A DNA stretch of 32,000 nucleotides from the NCBI GenBank assembly GCA_030149205.1, contig JASBSB010000004.1, positions 210,001-242,000 of the forward strand, read 5' to 3'. The translations under genes were made by a program, and so were the position numbers. Source of the stretch: Candidatus Heimdallarchaeota archaeon. Lineage in GTDB: Archaea > Asgardarchaeota > Heimdallarchaeia > Heimdallarchaeales > Kariarchaeaceae. The notes below the pieces were generated by a model. It saw nothing but the letters and a program-made list of their open reading frames with translations. It searched no databases and was not told the DNA's origin. Below, piece by piece: positions 17,798-26,745 of the stretch (position 1 is its first letter; each line of letters begins with the position of its first letter).

Positions 17798-19537
17798 TTA
17801 GTTGGCTAGGCGTTTCAGTTCAATATCAAGCAACTTTTCTACTTCTTCCGCAGACTCCAATGCCATCACCTTATCTTTAATTTTAATGGCTGTCTCCATG
17901 TCGAGTTGAGAAATTATTGACTTGATTTCAGGTATAAGGTTAGGTACCATACTAAATTCCTTGAGTCCCATACCTAAGAGCAAAGGAACTGCCTTTTTCA
18001 CTCCAGCCAATGCACCACACATCGCAACAGGAATATTATTTGATTCTCCAGCATTGATTGTCACTTGTATAGCTTTCAAAACAGCAGGATGAAATGAATT
18101 AAATAAGTATGATAGATTCTCATTTGTACGATCAACTGTTAACACATATTGAGTCAAGTCATTAGTTCCAATACTAAAGAAGTCAGAATGATTTGCAAGA
18201 AGGTCTACAATAAAGACTGATGCTGGAGTTTCGATCATAATGCCCAAAGGCAAATTTTTATTAAAAGCTAGATTTTCTTTTTCCAAATCTGATTGAACCT
18301 GTTGTATGTATTGTTTTACGAATTGAATATCTGCAATACTGGCAACCATCGGAATCATAATTTTAACATTGAATCCTATACTTGCCTGTAAAATTGCTCT
18401 AAGCTGAGTTTTAAGTAAATCAGGATATCGACGATATAAACGAACTGCTCTAATTCCCAAGAAGGGATTTAATTCCTCAGGAAAATGTAGATAATTCGGA
18501 TGCTTGTCTCCACCTATGTCTAGTAATCTCACAACTATTTCCATTTTTGGATATTCAGAAAAAATTTCTATTAATGATTGAATCTGATGACTCTCATCTG
18601 GAATAGATGTTTCATTAATAAACATAAATTCTGAACGAAGCAACCCTATCCCCTCTGAGCCAAAATTTAGAGATGATTTAGCTGAGCTTACATTTGCGAT
18701 ATTTGACAAAACGTGAATACGAATGTTATCTTTGGTATAACAATCCTTTAATGAGAGGTCTTTGAGTTTTTCTGATCGCTCATTATGTGCTTTTATCTGA
18801 CTTTTATATGTATTTTTTTCCTCTAATGTTGGATTAATGATTACCAAACCTGTCTCGCCATCAACTATTAACTCATCATTATTTGTGATTTTGTTTTTAG
18901 CTTCACCAATCCCAACTACTGCCGGAATACCTAATGTTCTGGCTAGAATGGCAGTGTGAGATGTGTATCCTCCTTTCTGAGTGATTATTGCTTTAACATA
19001 ATTCAATGGTAAAGTTACTGTATCAGATGGGGCTAAATCCTCAGCTACAAGGATGACTTCTGATGTAAAAGTTAATTGTTCTTGTTCTGACACGCCTAAA
19101 AGATTTCTTAATATTCTTCGGCCAATATCCTCAACATCATTCGCCCTTTCTGAGATAATTGCGTCATCTAGCTGTCTAAGACTTTCTGCAATTTCTTTGA
19201 TAGCCTTGTTAAGTGCCTCTTCTGCAGTTAACCCAGATTTAATTGACTCTGAAACTTTTTCCTGTAAGGACGGATCCTGTACCATCATTTTATGAGACTC
19301 AAAAATTGCAAGGTTTTTCTCGTTAATCACTCCTTTGTTTTTATTTATCAGATTATCTAGTTGTTTTACAGCAAGCTCTGTAGCATCATTAAACAGTTTG
19401 ATTTCTTTATCATAACCATAAAATTCCCTTGAAGATGGTTTAAGCTCATGCTTTTGATAGAGAAAGGCCATACCTATCTGAATCCCTTCAGACACACCAA
19501 TTCCTTGGATCTTCAGCTCTTCAACCTGTTTATTCAT
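17798..19537 (-). CDS. ptsI: PTS Enzyme I (PEP-protein phosphotransferase)
   Basis: Phospho-His motif GGYTSHTAILAR; GIGLLRSEF, VRLLDIGGDK, ELNPFLGIRAVR, MIETPAS, FFSIGTNDLTQY, MCG. Confidence 0.97.
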   Translation of the reverse strand: MNKQVEELKIQGIGVSEGIQIGMAFLYQKHELKPSSREFYGYDKEIKLFNDATELAVKQLDNLINKNKGVINEKNLAIFESHKMMVQDPSLQEKVSESIKSGLTAEEALNKAIKEIAESLRQLDDAIISERANDVEDIGRRILRNLLGVSEQEQLTFTSEVILVAEDLAPSDTVTLPLNYVKAIITQKGGYTSHTAILARTLGIPAVVGIGEAKNKITNNDELIVDGETGLVIINPTLEEKNTYKSQIKAHNERSEKLKDLSLKDCYTKDNIRIHVLSNIANVSSAKSSLNFGSEGIGLLRSEFMFINETSIPDESHQIQSLIEIFSEYPKMEIVVRLLDIGGDKHPNYLHFPEELNPFLGIRAVRLYRRYPDLLKTQLRAILQASIGFNVKIMIPMVASIADIQFVKQYIQQVQSDLEKENLAFNKNLPLGIMIETPASVFIVDLLANHSDFFSIGTNDLTQYVLTVDRTNENLSYLFNSFHPAVLKAIQVTINAGESNNIPVAMCGALAGVKKAVPLLLGMGLKEFSMVPNLIPEIKSIISQLDMETAIKIKDKVMALESAEEVEKLLDIELKRLAN

Positions 19538-19805
19538 TGAAATTGTTCTCCACTAACTCTTTTAATGCTGTAATAGCTTCTTTCTCATCAGAACCAGTGG
19601 CTTCAATTTCGATTTCATGTCCATAGCTTACACCAAGGGTCATTAGTTCTAAGGAGCTTTTTGCGTTTCTAAACCCAGTATTCCGGCTAATATTTTTTAT
19701 TTTAATATTAGATGAGAATTTAGATGCAGTTTGAACAAACAAAGCCGCAGGTCTTAGATGAAGACCAACTTTATTTGTAATTTTTATTGTAACACTTGAT
19801 ACCAT
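19530..19805 (-). CDS. ptsH: Phosphocarrier protein HPr
   Basis: GLHLRPAA (His15 equivalent), NAKS (Ser46 equivalent), GSDEKEA; 8-nt overlap with ptsI. Confidence 0.96.
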   Translation of the reverse strand: MVSSVTIKITNKVGLHLRPAALFVQTASKFSSNIKIKNISRNTGFRNAKSSLELMTLGVSYGHEIEIEATGSDEKEAITALKELVENNFNE

Positions 19806-19809
19806 TGAC

Positions 19810-20214
19810 TCACCCTAGTTTGTTCAATTCTTTGGTTCCCTCTGCTGCATTGTTGACCTCGACTAGAGTTTTCCCTGTGGATGCTTCAATAGCAGCGATA
19901 AATGAACCTTCAACCAGTGGAGCATTTGAAATCACAACGTTATTCTGCTTGGATTCATCAAGAAATTCTATTGCTTCCTTTGCACTGAGTACAGCACTTC
20001 CAAGATCAACTAATAAAAGAACACCAGATTCGTCATAAACAGAATTTATACCATTTAAAATCCCTTCAACTGATGTCCCTAGGGTTGATTCATCCAACCC
20101 TCCAGCAGAAACCACTTTTACTTTATCTGCAACCATCTGTTCCACTAATTCTTTTATTCCATCAGTAATTTTGCGACTATGTGAAATAAGAACTAGACCA
20201 ACCACTAATATCAC
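19810..20214 (-). CDS. dhaM: Dihydroxyacetone kinase phosphoryl donor subunit (stand-alone EIIA-Man-like DhaM)
   Basis: VGLVLISHS (phospho-His), AGG...GTS, LLVDLGSA, NAPLVEG; GTGA overlap with dhaL. Confidence 0.94.
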   Translation of the reverse strand: MILVVGLVLISHSRKITDGIKELVEQMVADKVKVVSAGGLDESTLGTSVEGILNGINSVYDESGVLLLVDLGSAVLSAKEAIEFLDESKQNNVVISNAPLVEGSFIAAIEASTGKTLVEVNNAAEGTKELNKLG

Positions 20215-20849
20215 TCCACTACACTTGCAAGAGCCTTTAAAATCAGATCAGATGAGGTTGCCCCTGGATCCTGATGTCCAGCACTTCTCTCACCTAAATA
20301 ACTTGCTCTACCCTTTCTTGCAACTAAGGGAATAGTAGCCTCTACTTGCTTGTCTGCTTCGCTTACAACTTTTTCCATGATTGTTTTAAGATCTGAACCA
20401 TTACCTAATTCATTTCTAAATACTTCAAGTGCAGGTACCCAGACATCAACCATAGTTTTATCACCAACCTTAGCACCACCTATTTCCATAACTCCGTCTA
20501 TACCATCTTTTAACGCCTGGTACAACTCTTCTGAAGTTAAAGAATCTGGGGTATCCTTGGTCGCAACTGACATTTTTCGGAAGATTCTCCCATAAAGTGG
20601 GCCACTTGCCCCTCCAACTGTACTCATTAAAGTCATGGCAATTGCCTTAAAGATGTCAGATATGGGTTTATCTTTATATGAATCAAATTTCTCCAAAACC
20701 TTGGAAAATCCTCGTTCCATATTTATTCCATGATCTGCATCACCGATTGCTGCATCTAGATCAGTCAGGTAATCTTTATTTTCTTTGATTGTCTCTGATA
20801 CAGCTTTAATCCATTGTAAAATTTGAGATTTATTTATATTATTTGACAT
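20211..20849 (-). CDS. dhaL: Dihydroxyacetone kinase ADP-binding subunit L
   Basis: LTDLDAAIGDADHGINM, GGASGPLYG, GDKTMVD, KGRASYLGERSAGHQDPGATS; AGGAGG SD at 20859-20864. Confidence 0.97.
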   Translation of the reverse strand: MSNNINKSQILQWIKAVSETIKENKDYLTDLDAAIGDADHGINMERGFSKVLEKFDSYKDKPISDIFKAIAMTLMSTVGGASGPLYGRIFRKMSVATKDTPDSLTSEELYQALKDGIDGVMEIGGAKVGDKTMVDVWVPALEVFRNELGNGSDLKTIMEKVVSEADKQVEATIPLVARKGRASYLGERSAGHQDPGATSSDLILKALASVVE

Positions 20850-20916
20850 AATTTAATTCCTCCTAAGAGAAATAGGAAATTCCCTCCCTCTAAATTTATT
20901 TGGTATCTAAATTAAA

Positions 20917-21984
20917 TTACCATTTAAGTCCTGGAGTGTGAACGGGTGCATCCCAAAACTTCAACATTTCATCATCTACTTTTAATAAAGTAATTGACGC
21001 ACCTTGCATTTCTAAAGATGTTATAAATGGACCAATAAGATTTCTTTCAATTTTGATGTTCTTGGCTGTTAGCATCTGATCCATCTTACGATAAATAGCG
21101 TATAGTTCAGAAACCGGAGTTCCGCCCATACTATTAACAAATGCTATCACCTTATCACCAGTTTTGAGAGGTTCATTCGTGAGTTGTTTTTCAACCCATG
21201 AACCAGAACTTCTGTCAAATTCTTTAACTGTTCGAGTATAAGGGCCATCATCAAGAATTGCATTAACCATCATCTCTGTAATCTCATCAGCTGTTTTCAT
21301 CTTATGTCGTTCACGTCCAGGTTCACCATGAATTCCAATACCAAATTCGAACTCATCTTCAGGTAGATCAAAAGTTGGTTTACCATGTGCGGGAACAGTA
21401 CAGGATGTTAAGGCTACACCTATAGATCGTCCATTGGTGTTTACCTTCCTTGCTAAATCTGCACACTTATCTAAATCATAACCTGCTTCCGCGGCAGCAC
21501 CAACAATTTTTTCTGCTAAAACTGTAATACCGACTCCTCTTCTACCAGCTGTGTAGAGACTGTCTTTGACTGCAACATCATCATCAGTTAGGACCTGTTG
21601 AACCTTAATACCATCTTCATGAGCTAGTTCTGCAGCTTCTTGGAAGTTTAAGACATCACCGGTGTAGTTCTTGACAAGAAATAGAACTCCTGCACCACTG
21701 TCCACCTTCTTGGCTGATTCATACATTTGATCAGGTGTAGGTGAGGTAAAAACCTCTCCTGGACATGCTGCAGTTAACATCCCCTTTCCAACGAAGCCAC
21801 CATGCATTGGTTCATGACCACTTCCACCACCAGAGATGATTGCTACTTTCCCTGAGACTGGTGCATCAGCCCTATAGACATATTTTGGATCATGGCTTAC
21901 CTTAACAAGATCTGGGTGTGCCCTAGCGACACCCTCGAGTTGCTCCTTAACTACATTGTTGACATCATTAATGAATTTCTTCAT
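20917..21984 (-). CDS. dhaK: Dihydroxyacetone kinase substrate-binding subunit K
   Basis: [50 protein letters not shown]; AGGTGA SD at 21991-21996. Confidence 0.97.
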   Translation of the reverse strand: MKKFINDVNNVVKEQLEGVARAHPDLVKVSHDPKYVYRADAPVSGKVAIISGGGSGHEPMHGGFVGKGMLTAACPGEVFTSPTPDQMYESAKKVDSGAGVLFLVKNYTGDVLNFQEAAELAHEDGIKVQQVLTDDDVAVKDSLYTAGRRGVGITVLAEKIVGAAAEAGYDLDKCADLARKVNTNGRSIGVALTSCTVPAHGKPTFDLPEDEFEFGIGIHGEPGRERHKMKTADEITEMMVNAILDDGPYTRTVKEFDRSSGSWVEKQLTNEPLKTGDKVIAFVNSMGGTPVSELYAIYRKMDQMLTAKNIKIERNLIGPFITSLEMQGASITLLKVDDEMLKFWDAPVHTPGLKW

Positions 21985-21994
21985 TAAACATCAC

Positions 21995-22762
21995 CTAGAA
22001 GTTCTTTGGAATGAACACGCCGAACATCATGCCAAATATCCAAGCGATAATTGCCCCAATTATTGGACCCACTATTGGTACCCAAGCATAATTCCATCCA
22101 GAGTCTCTTTTGCCGGGAATAGGGAGTAAGAAATGTGCAATTCTTGGACCTAGATCTCTTGCAGGATTAATTGCATATCCAGTTGGTCCACCAAGAGATA
22201 GACCAATGCTCCATACTAAACCACCTATTAAGAATGGGAAAAGACCAGTTGGAATTACTGAGCTACCATAATTAGGGCTGTTTTGGACAGCAATCATGTA
22301 AATTCCTCCAATAAGCATGAAAGAACCAATAGCTTCTGTTACTGTGTTCCAAATCGGATCACTGATTGCTGGCATAGTTGAGAAGGTTAACAGCTTAAGA
22401 TCTGCATCTTCTGTCTCCTCATAATGCCTATAATATGCAAGCCAAACTGTAACTGCAGCTAAAAATGCGCCTAAAAACTGACCACTAAAGTAGAGCATAG
22501 CATCTCCAAAAGTAACTGATCCCAATAGCATAAATGCAACTGTTACAATAGGATTAATATGTGCACCTGCACTTCCAAAAGCTTGGGCAGCAAACACACC
22601 CATCATGACTGCTAATCCCCAACCTGTTGTGATTACAATCCAACCAGAGTTCTGTGCTTTGGATTTGTTCAATAGGACAGCTGCCACAACACCGTCACCA
22701 AGTAGTACTAGTACGAATGTTCCTACTAATTCTCCGAGAAATATATTTGTGAAAAGAACCAT
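21995..22762 (-). CDS. glpF: MIP family aquaglyceroporin (glycerol/DHA facilitator)
   Basis: GAHINPIVT and GYAINPARDLGPR (Asp after NPAR is the glyceroporin signature); start moved from GTG 22774 to ATG 22762 because that GTG is part of the GGTGA SD (22771-22775). Confidence 0.93.
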   Translation of the reverse strand: MVLFTNIFLGELVGTFVLVLLGDGVVAAVLLNKSKAQNSGWIVITTGWGLAVMMGVFAAQAFGSAGAHINPIVTVAFMLLGSVTFGDAMLYFSGQFLGAFLAAVTVWLAYYRHYEETEDADLKLLTFSTMPAISDPIWNTVTEAIGSFMLIGGIYMIAVQNSPNYGSSVIPTGLFPFLIGGLVWSIGLSLGGPTGYAINPARDLGPRIAHFLLPIPGKRDSGWNYAWVPIVGPIIGAIIAWIFGMMFGVFIPKNF

Positions 22763-22813
22763 TTGTTTTATCACCAGTCATCTAAAGATGACTGAGGGAA
22801 TATATTGTAAGCC

Positions 22814-22821
22814 TTTATAAA
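22814..22821 (-). promoter_or_regulatory. Putative TATA box of the glpF-dhaKLM-ptsHI operon
   Basis: TTTATAAA with purine-rich AATGAGAATGA upstream (BRE-like), 51 nt before ATG 22762. Confidence 0.55.
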
Positions 22822-23007
22822 TCATTCTCATTTTCTAAAATGGTTATTCCAAAATTCTGATGTAATATAATAAATAATTCATTGTGTACATTTACTAGAA
22901 ATATACCAATAGTGTATACAACTGATCAAGAGAGGAAAATACTGTAGAAAATCTAATTCTTCTCCAGATATTCTTAAAAAAAATATTATTTTGTGAAAGA
23001 AATTCGG

Positions 23008-24036
23008 TTATTTACATACGAAAATAGAAAAGTAATCTGAAAATGCTAGAACCACATCATCAAAATACTGATTTAATAAATCTTCAATCGATTGATTGTT
23101 TAATTCAGGAAGAGCGAAATGTGGGTTGAATGGAGATTTGGATTGATCTGATGTGGCTTCAATCAGGGAAAGCTTTTTTAAAAAGTGTTGTGAAGGAGTT
23201 TGCATATCAGTGGTCAGCTCAATAAAAATGACATACCCATTTGAATCTAAAACCCGCTTTATTTCTTTGAAGTAATCATGCAAATGTTCCGACCCAATTT
23301 TTTGGGTGGCAGACATTGAAATAAAGACATTAGCAAATTGAGATTTTACAGGTAGGGACTCAGGACTAGCCTGTAAATAAGTGATGTTTAGAACCCCATG
23401 TTGCTTAGGAATATTCCCATTGAAAGCTAAATAATATGATTGAATATGATTCTCCCGTTCGACAACAAATTGTTTTCCTATCTCCTCATAATAATTCGCA
23501 GCATCAATTACAAGTTTAAGATCTGATAATTCTGGCAAAACTCCAACAATTTTATCTTTTTTAAAATCATGACCTAGGTCACGTAGTAATAATGTAATAA
23601 GAAATAAGGTGGTTGTTTTTAAGTAGATGCGAGTTCTATCAAAGAAGTATCTATTCGCTCTCCCTAATTCATAGCCGCCTTTTGCTGTAGTTTGAACCAT
23701 CGTGAACCTCCCGGATTTTCTTGATGATATAAGGCCTATTTGATCAAGTTTTCGTATGTCTCTGTAAAATGTGCTGAGTGGAATTTCTTTAACCGTTGAA
23801 TAGAGCTCATTGATACTCTCTCGTAGATCTGTAACTGAAACCTCAACGATGGCATGAGAAAGTATTTCCATTTCTATCCAATCAAGATCAAACCCATTTG
23901 CTGAGTCATTAAATGCATTTAGATAACCCTCAGGGAAAAGATAAGGAACTTGATTCTCCAAAGCAAACTTAGCTAAATCAAATGTTTTTGGAATCTTATT
24001 CTTCAATGTTAATTTACTGAGGGTATCTATAGTCAT
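23008..24036 (-). CDS. Putative transcription regulator: winged helix fused to a degenerate class I methyltransferase-like domain
   Basis: wHTH IPLSTFYRDIRKLDQIGLISSRKSGRFTMVQTTAKG; C-terminal ASPESLPVKSQFANVFIS...FKEIKRVLDSNGYVIFIE; no GxGxG. Confidence 0.6.
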   Translation of the reverse strand: MTIDTLSKLTLKNKIPKTFDLAKFALENQVPYLFPEGYLNAFNDSANGFDLDWIEMEILSHAIVEVSVTDLRESINELYSTVKEIPLSTFYRDIRKLDQIGLISSRKSGRFTMVQTTAKGGYELGRANRYFFDRTRIYLKTTTLFLITLLLRDLGHDFKKDKIVGVLPELSDLKLVIDAANYYEEIGKQFVVERENHIQSYYLAFNGNIPKQHGVLNITYLQASPESLPVKSQFANVFISMSATQKIGSEHLHDYFKEIKRVLDSNGYVIFIELTTDMQTPSQHFLKKLSLIEATSDQSKSPFNPHFALPELNNQSIEDLLNQYFDDVVLAFSDYFSIFVCK

Positions 24037-24171
24037 TAGTCTTGTATATTCATACTAGCGGTTCCACTTTAATAAAACATTCTTTATTATCAAAAATTAA
24101 ATTTAAATATTAAAAGTTTCTATATAACAATATTTTAAGATTCGTAGAACAAAATTTTTTTGAGATACCTA

Positions 24172-24981
24172 TTAACCCTTTAAATTAGGTAAATCTTCTG
24201 GTCTAATTTCAAACAAACGTTTTGAATAGTTCATTTCACGGGTTCCAGCTAAAGTTATATATTCATCAAAAACACTTTTCAGAGTCGGTAAGGAGTTAAG
24301 ATTTTTTAATTGACCAAATATCAATGGATTGATTATAGCTTGCCTCCCAATCATTACTCCAGAACAACCCATTTCCTCCAATAGATTAACATCTTCATGG
24401 GATTTGATATCCCCATTTGCGATGATCTCTTTTCCAGTGGCAACACATTCCACAAAGATATCCCATTTAGGGGGAACTTTATAGGACTGAGAACGATACC
24501 TTGCATGAACTACGAAAAAATCTGCATTTACTTTCTCAATTAATTTGAGATAGACTTTATCTAATGTTTCCTGCCGAGTCATCCCCAATCTCATCTTAAT
24601 GTTTACAGGATACCCATAATCTTGAACAATTGATACCAATCTCTGTGTTTTAGTGGGTCGGCTTATCATCCTAGAACCGACACCAGAATTCACATAGTTC
24701 TGAGAAGGACAACCAAGATTAAAATTAAATCCTTTAAATCCAGGTGTTGGATTGAAATTATCTAAGAATTTCTTCAACTTATCTTCGTTTGTTCCCATAA
24801 ATTGTATCATGGTTGGGGTTTCATCGTACAATTTTATTCTTTTAAGGGCAGATCGATTGTTCTTAGCTAGTGTTTCAAACCTAATTAGCTCAGTGAATGT
24901 GAGGTCGGCCCCGTATTTATAACAAATAGTTCTGAATGCCGCATCAATAATTTTTTCCATTGGTGCAAGCATAAAGATCAC
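24172..24981 (-). CDS. dus: tRNA-dihydrouridine synthase family protein
   Basis: LAPM, FTE, NLGCP (catalytic Cys), VVHAR, IIANGDI, GVMIGR. Confidence 0.92.
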   Translation of the reverse strand: MIFMLAPMEKIIDAAFRTICYKYGADLTFTELIRFETLAKNNRSALKRIKLYDETPTMIQFMGTNEDKLKKFLDNFNPTPGFKGFNFNLGCPSQNYVNSGVGSRMISRPTKTQRLVSIVQDYGYPVNIKMRLGMTRQETLDKVYLKLIEKVNADFFVVHARYRSQSYKVPPKWDIFVECVATGKEIIANGDIKSHEDVNLLEEMGCSGVMIGRQAIINPLIFGQLKNLNSLPTLKSVFDEYITLAGTREMNYSKRLFEIRPEDLPNLKG

Positions 24982-25004
24982 TTGTCAATTTTGATTTATC
25001 TTGG

Positions 25005-25012
25005 TTTTATAA
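25005..25012 (-). promoter_or_regulatory. Putative TATA box of dus (leaderless)
   Basis: TTATAAAA, 23 nt before GTG 24981. Confidence 0.55.
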
Positions 25013-25378
25013 TTTGATTTTGTGTACAAGAAAATCGATCTTATGAACTAGTAATCCATTAATAATAAGAAACTGGAATGGGGTAAGACTCCAAATGAAT
25101 TGTTAATCCATTTGTGTCAACCTCATAATCCGTAACACTCAGCAAGAGAATTTGGATATTTGAATAAAGGGGTGACAATTTTGAACCTTTAAATTAATAA
25201 TTAGCATATTTTTTGAGTTAAAAGAATCCTTACAAAATTATTGCTGCGCTTGAACCCCAAAGCTAAAGCTCCTAATTTCACATTTTACGACATTTATGTA
25301 AATAACCTAAACAGAAATACATTGACTCAACATTGATAATTTGTTAAATTGTATTATTTGACAAAATCAGAAATTTAC

Positions 25379-25396
25379 AAAATTTGTACAAATTTT
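25379..25396. repeat. Perfect 18-bp palindrome in a long intergenic region
   Basis: AAAATTTGTACAAATTTT equals its own reverse complement. Confidence 0.85.
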
Positions 25397-25556
25397 ATCT
25401 GAAATAGGAAATAAAAAAGAATTGTCAAATCAATTGTTTCAATTGAGAATATTGGTTTTTAAGGTTTCTATAAAACATTTGAATTTTCAAAAATCTCCTG
25501 CATCTACAAAACAATAAAAGCTGTTGTAAAGAATTTAGGCTAGTTTTTATTTGATA

Positions 25557-26540
25557 TTAACGAATAGACTCATAAGAATCTATCCAATCAGACAATGAAG
25601 TTAATGATGACAACTCATCGTTGGTAAGTTTTACATCAAGAGCACCAACATTTTCTACTAGCTGATCTATTGAATTTGCTCCAATAATTGGAGCATTGAT
25701 GAACTCTCTGCTCAGTACCCAAGCCAAAGCTACTTGGGTTAATGTTATATCATGATTCTTTGCGATCTCCATTAGTCTATCTAAAACTATCCAATTCCTT
25801 TCCTTAAAATATCTTGATACCACACCTTTATTTCTAGGTGTATCAGGCAATACCTCTCCTTTCTTATATCTACCTGTGAGGAATCCACCTCCAAGAGGGG
25901 AATAAGGTATTATACCTATATTGTATTTTTGATGAATATCGACAAACGAATGTTCGACTAAATATCTTCTTGCCAGATTATAGGGGGGTTGGAATGTTTC
26001 AAACCTCTGGAGTCCTAATGATTCACTTCTCCACAATGATTCTATAAATTTCCAAGGTTGAATATTTGAAGCTCCAATGTAGTTAACCTCACCGTTATCT
26101 ATTAGAACATTAAGAGCGTGAAGAGTCTCTTCAATGGGTGTATCAACGTCAAAACTGTGAATTTGATACAAATCAATCCAATCAGTTTGTAGTCGTTTTA
26201 AACTTCCAGAAATAGCCTGCCTGACATGCCTTCGAGAAAGACCTTTGTCATTAATATCTTCACTCATCTTACCTAAAAGCTTTGTAGCAAGAACGATTTC
26301 ATCTCTCACACCTCTATCTTTCATCCATTTACCAATTATTTCTTCTGATTTACCAGGATAGCTATTCTCTCCCCAAGAAGAATAAATATCTGCTGTATCA
26401 AAACAGTTAATTCCAAGTTCTAATGCTTTATCCATTACTTGAAAAGACTCTTCCTCGGATACTCTCCATCCAAATTGCATGGTTCCCAATATTAGTTTAG
26501 AGATTTTTGTTCCTGTGTTCCCTAATTTAACATAATCCAT
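25557..26540 (-). CDS. Aldo/keto reductase
   Basis: LGNTGTKISKLILGTMQFG, FDTADIY (Asp/Tyr), LATK (Lys), SLKRLQTDWIDLYQIH (His), PYSPLGGGFLTG. Confidence 0.95.
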   Translation of the reverse strand: MDYVKLGNTGTKISKLILGTMQFGWRVSEEESFQVMDKALELGINCFDTADIYSSWGENSYPGKSEEIIGKWMKDRGVRDEIVLATKLLGKMSEDINDKGLSRRHVRQAISGSLKRLQTDWIDLYQIHSFDVDTPIEETLHALNVLIDNGEVNYIGASNIQPWKFIESLWRSESLGLQRFETFQPPYNLARRYLVEHSFVDIHQKYNIGIIPYSPLGGGFLTGRYKKGEVLPDTPRNKGVVSRYFKERNWIVLDRLMEIAKNHDITLTQVALAWVLSREFINAPIIGANSIDQLVENVGALDVKLTNDELSSLTSLSDWIDSYESIR

Positions 26541-26561
26541 GAGAATGAAATTTATGTTTTA

Positions 26562-26569
26562 CATAAAAA
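26562..26569 (-). promoter_or_regulatory. Putative TATA box of the AKR gene, overlapped by an inverted repeat
   Basis: TTTTTATG, 21 nt before ATG 26540; TTTATGT-N3-ACATAAA at 26551-26567. Confidence 0.45.
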
Positions 26570-26745
26570 CCTATTTTCATCAGCAATATGTTTATCAAAA
26601 TTATTTTACAATTGTTGAAACACAATTCTCATCTTCATTTGTGGAATATATAACATTATGATCTGCATAATCTTTTATCTAAATTTTATGACTAAATTAT
26701 AATTTGTTACAAATGAAGAGAGATAACATTAATAATTGGCGAAAG

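Noticed and set aside
22763-22774. GTG start for glpF given by the ORF track
   Set aside because: That GTG is part of the GGTGA SD for ATG 22762
25059-25178. 39-aa minus-strand ORF from TTG in the long intergenic gap
   Set aside because: No SD or correctly spaced TATA and no recognisable motif
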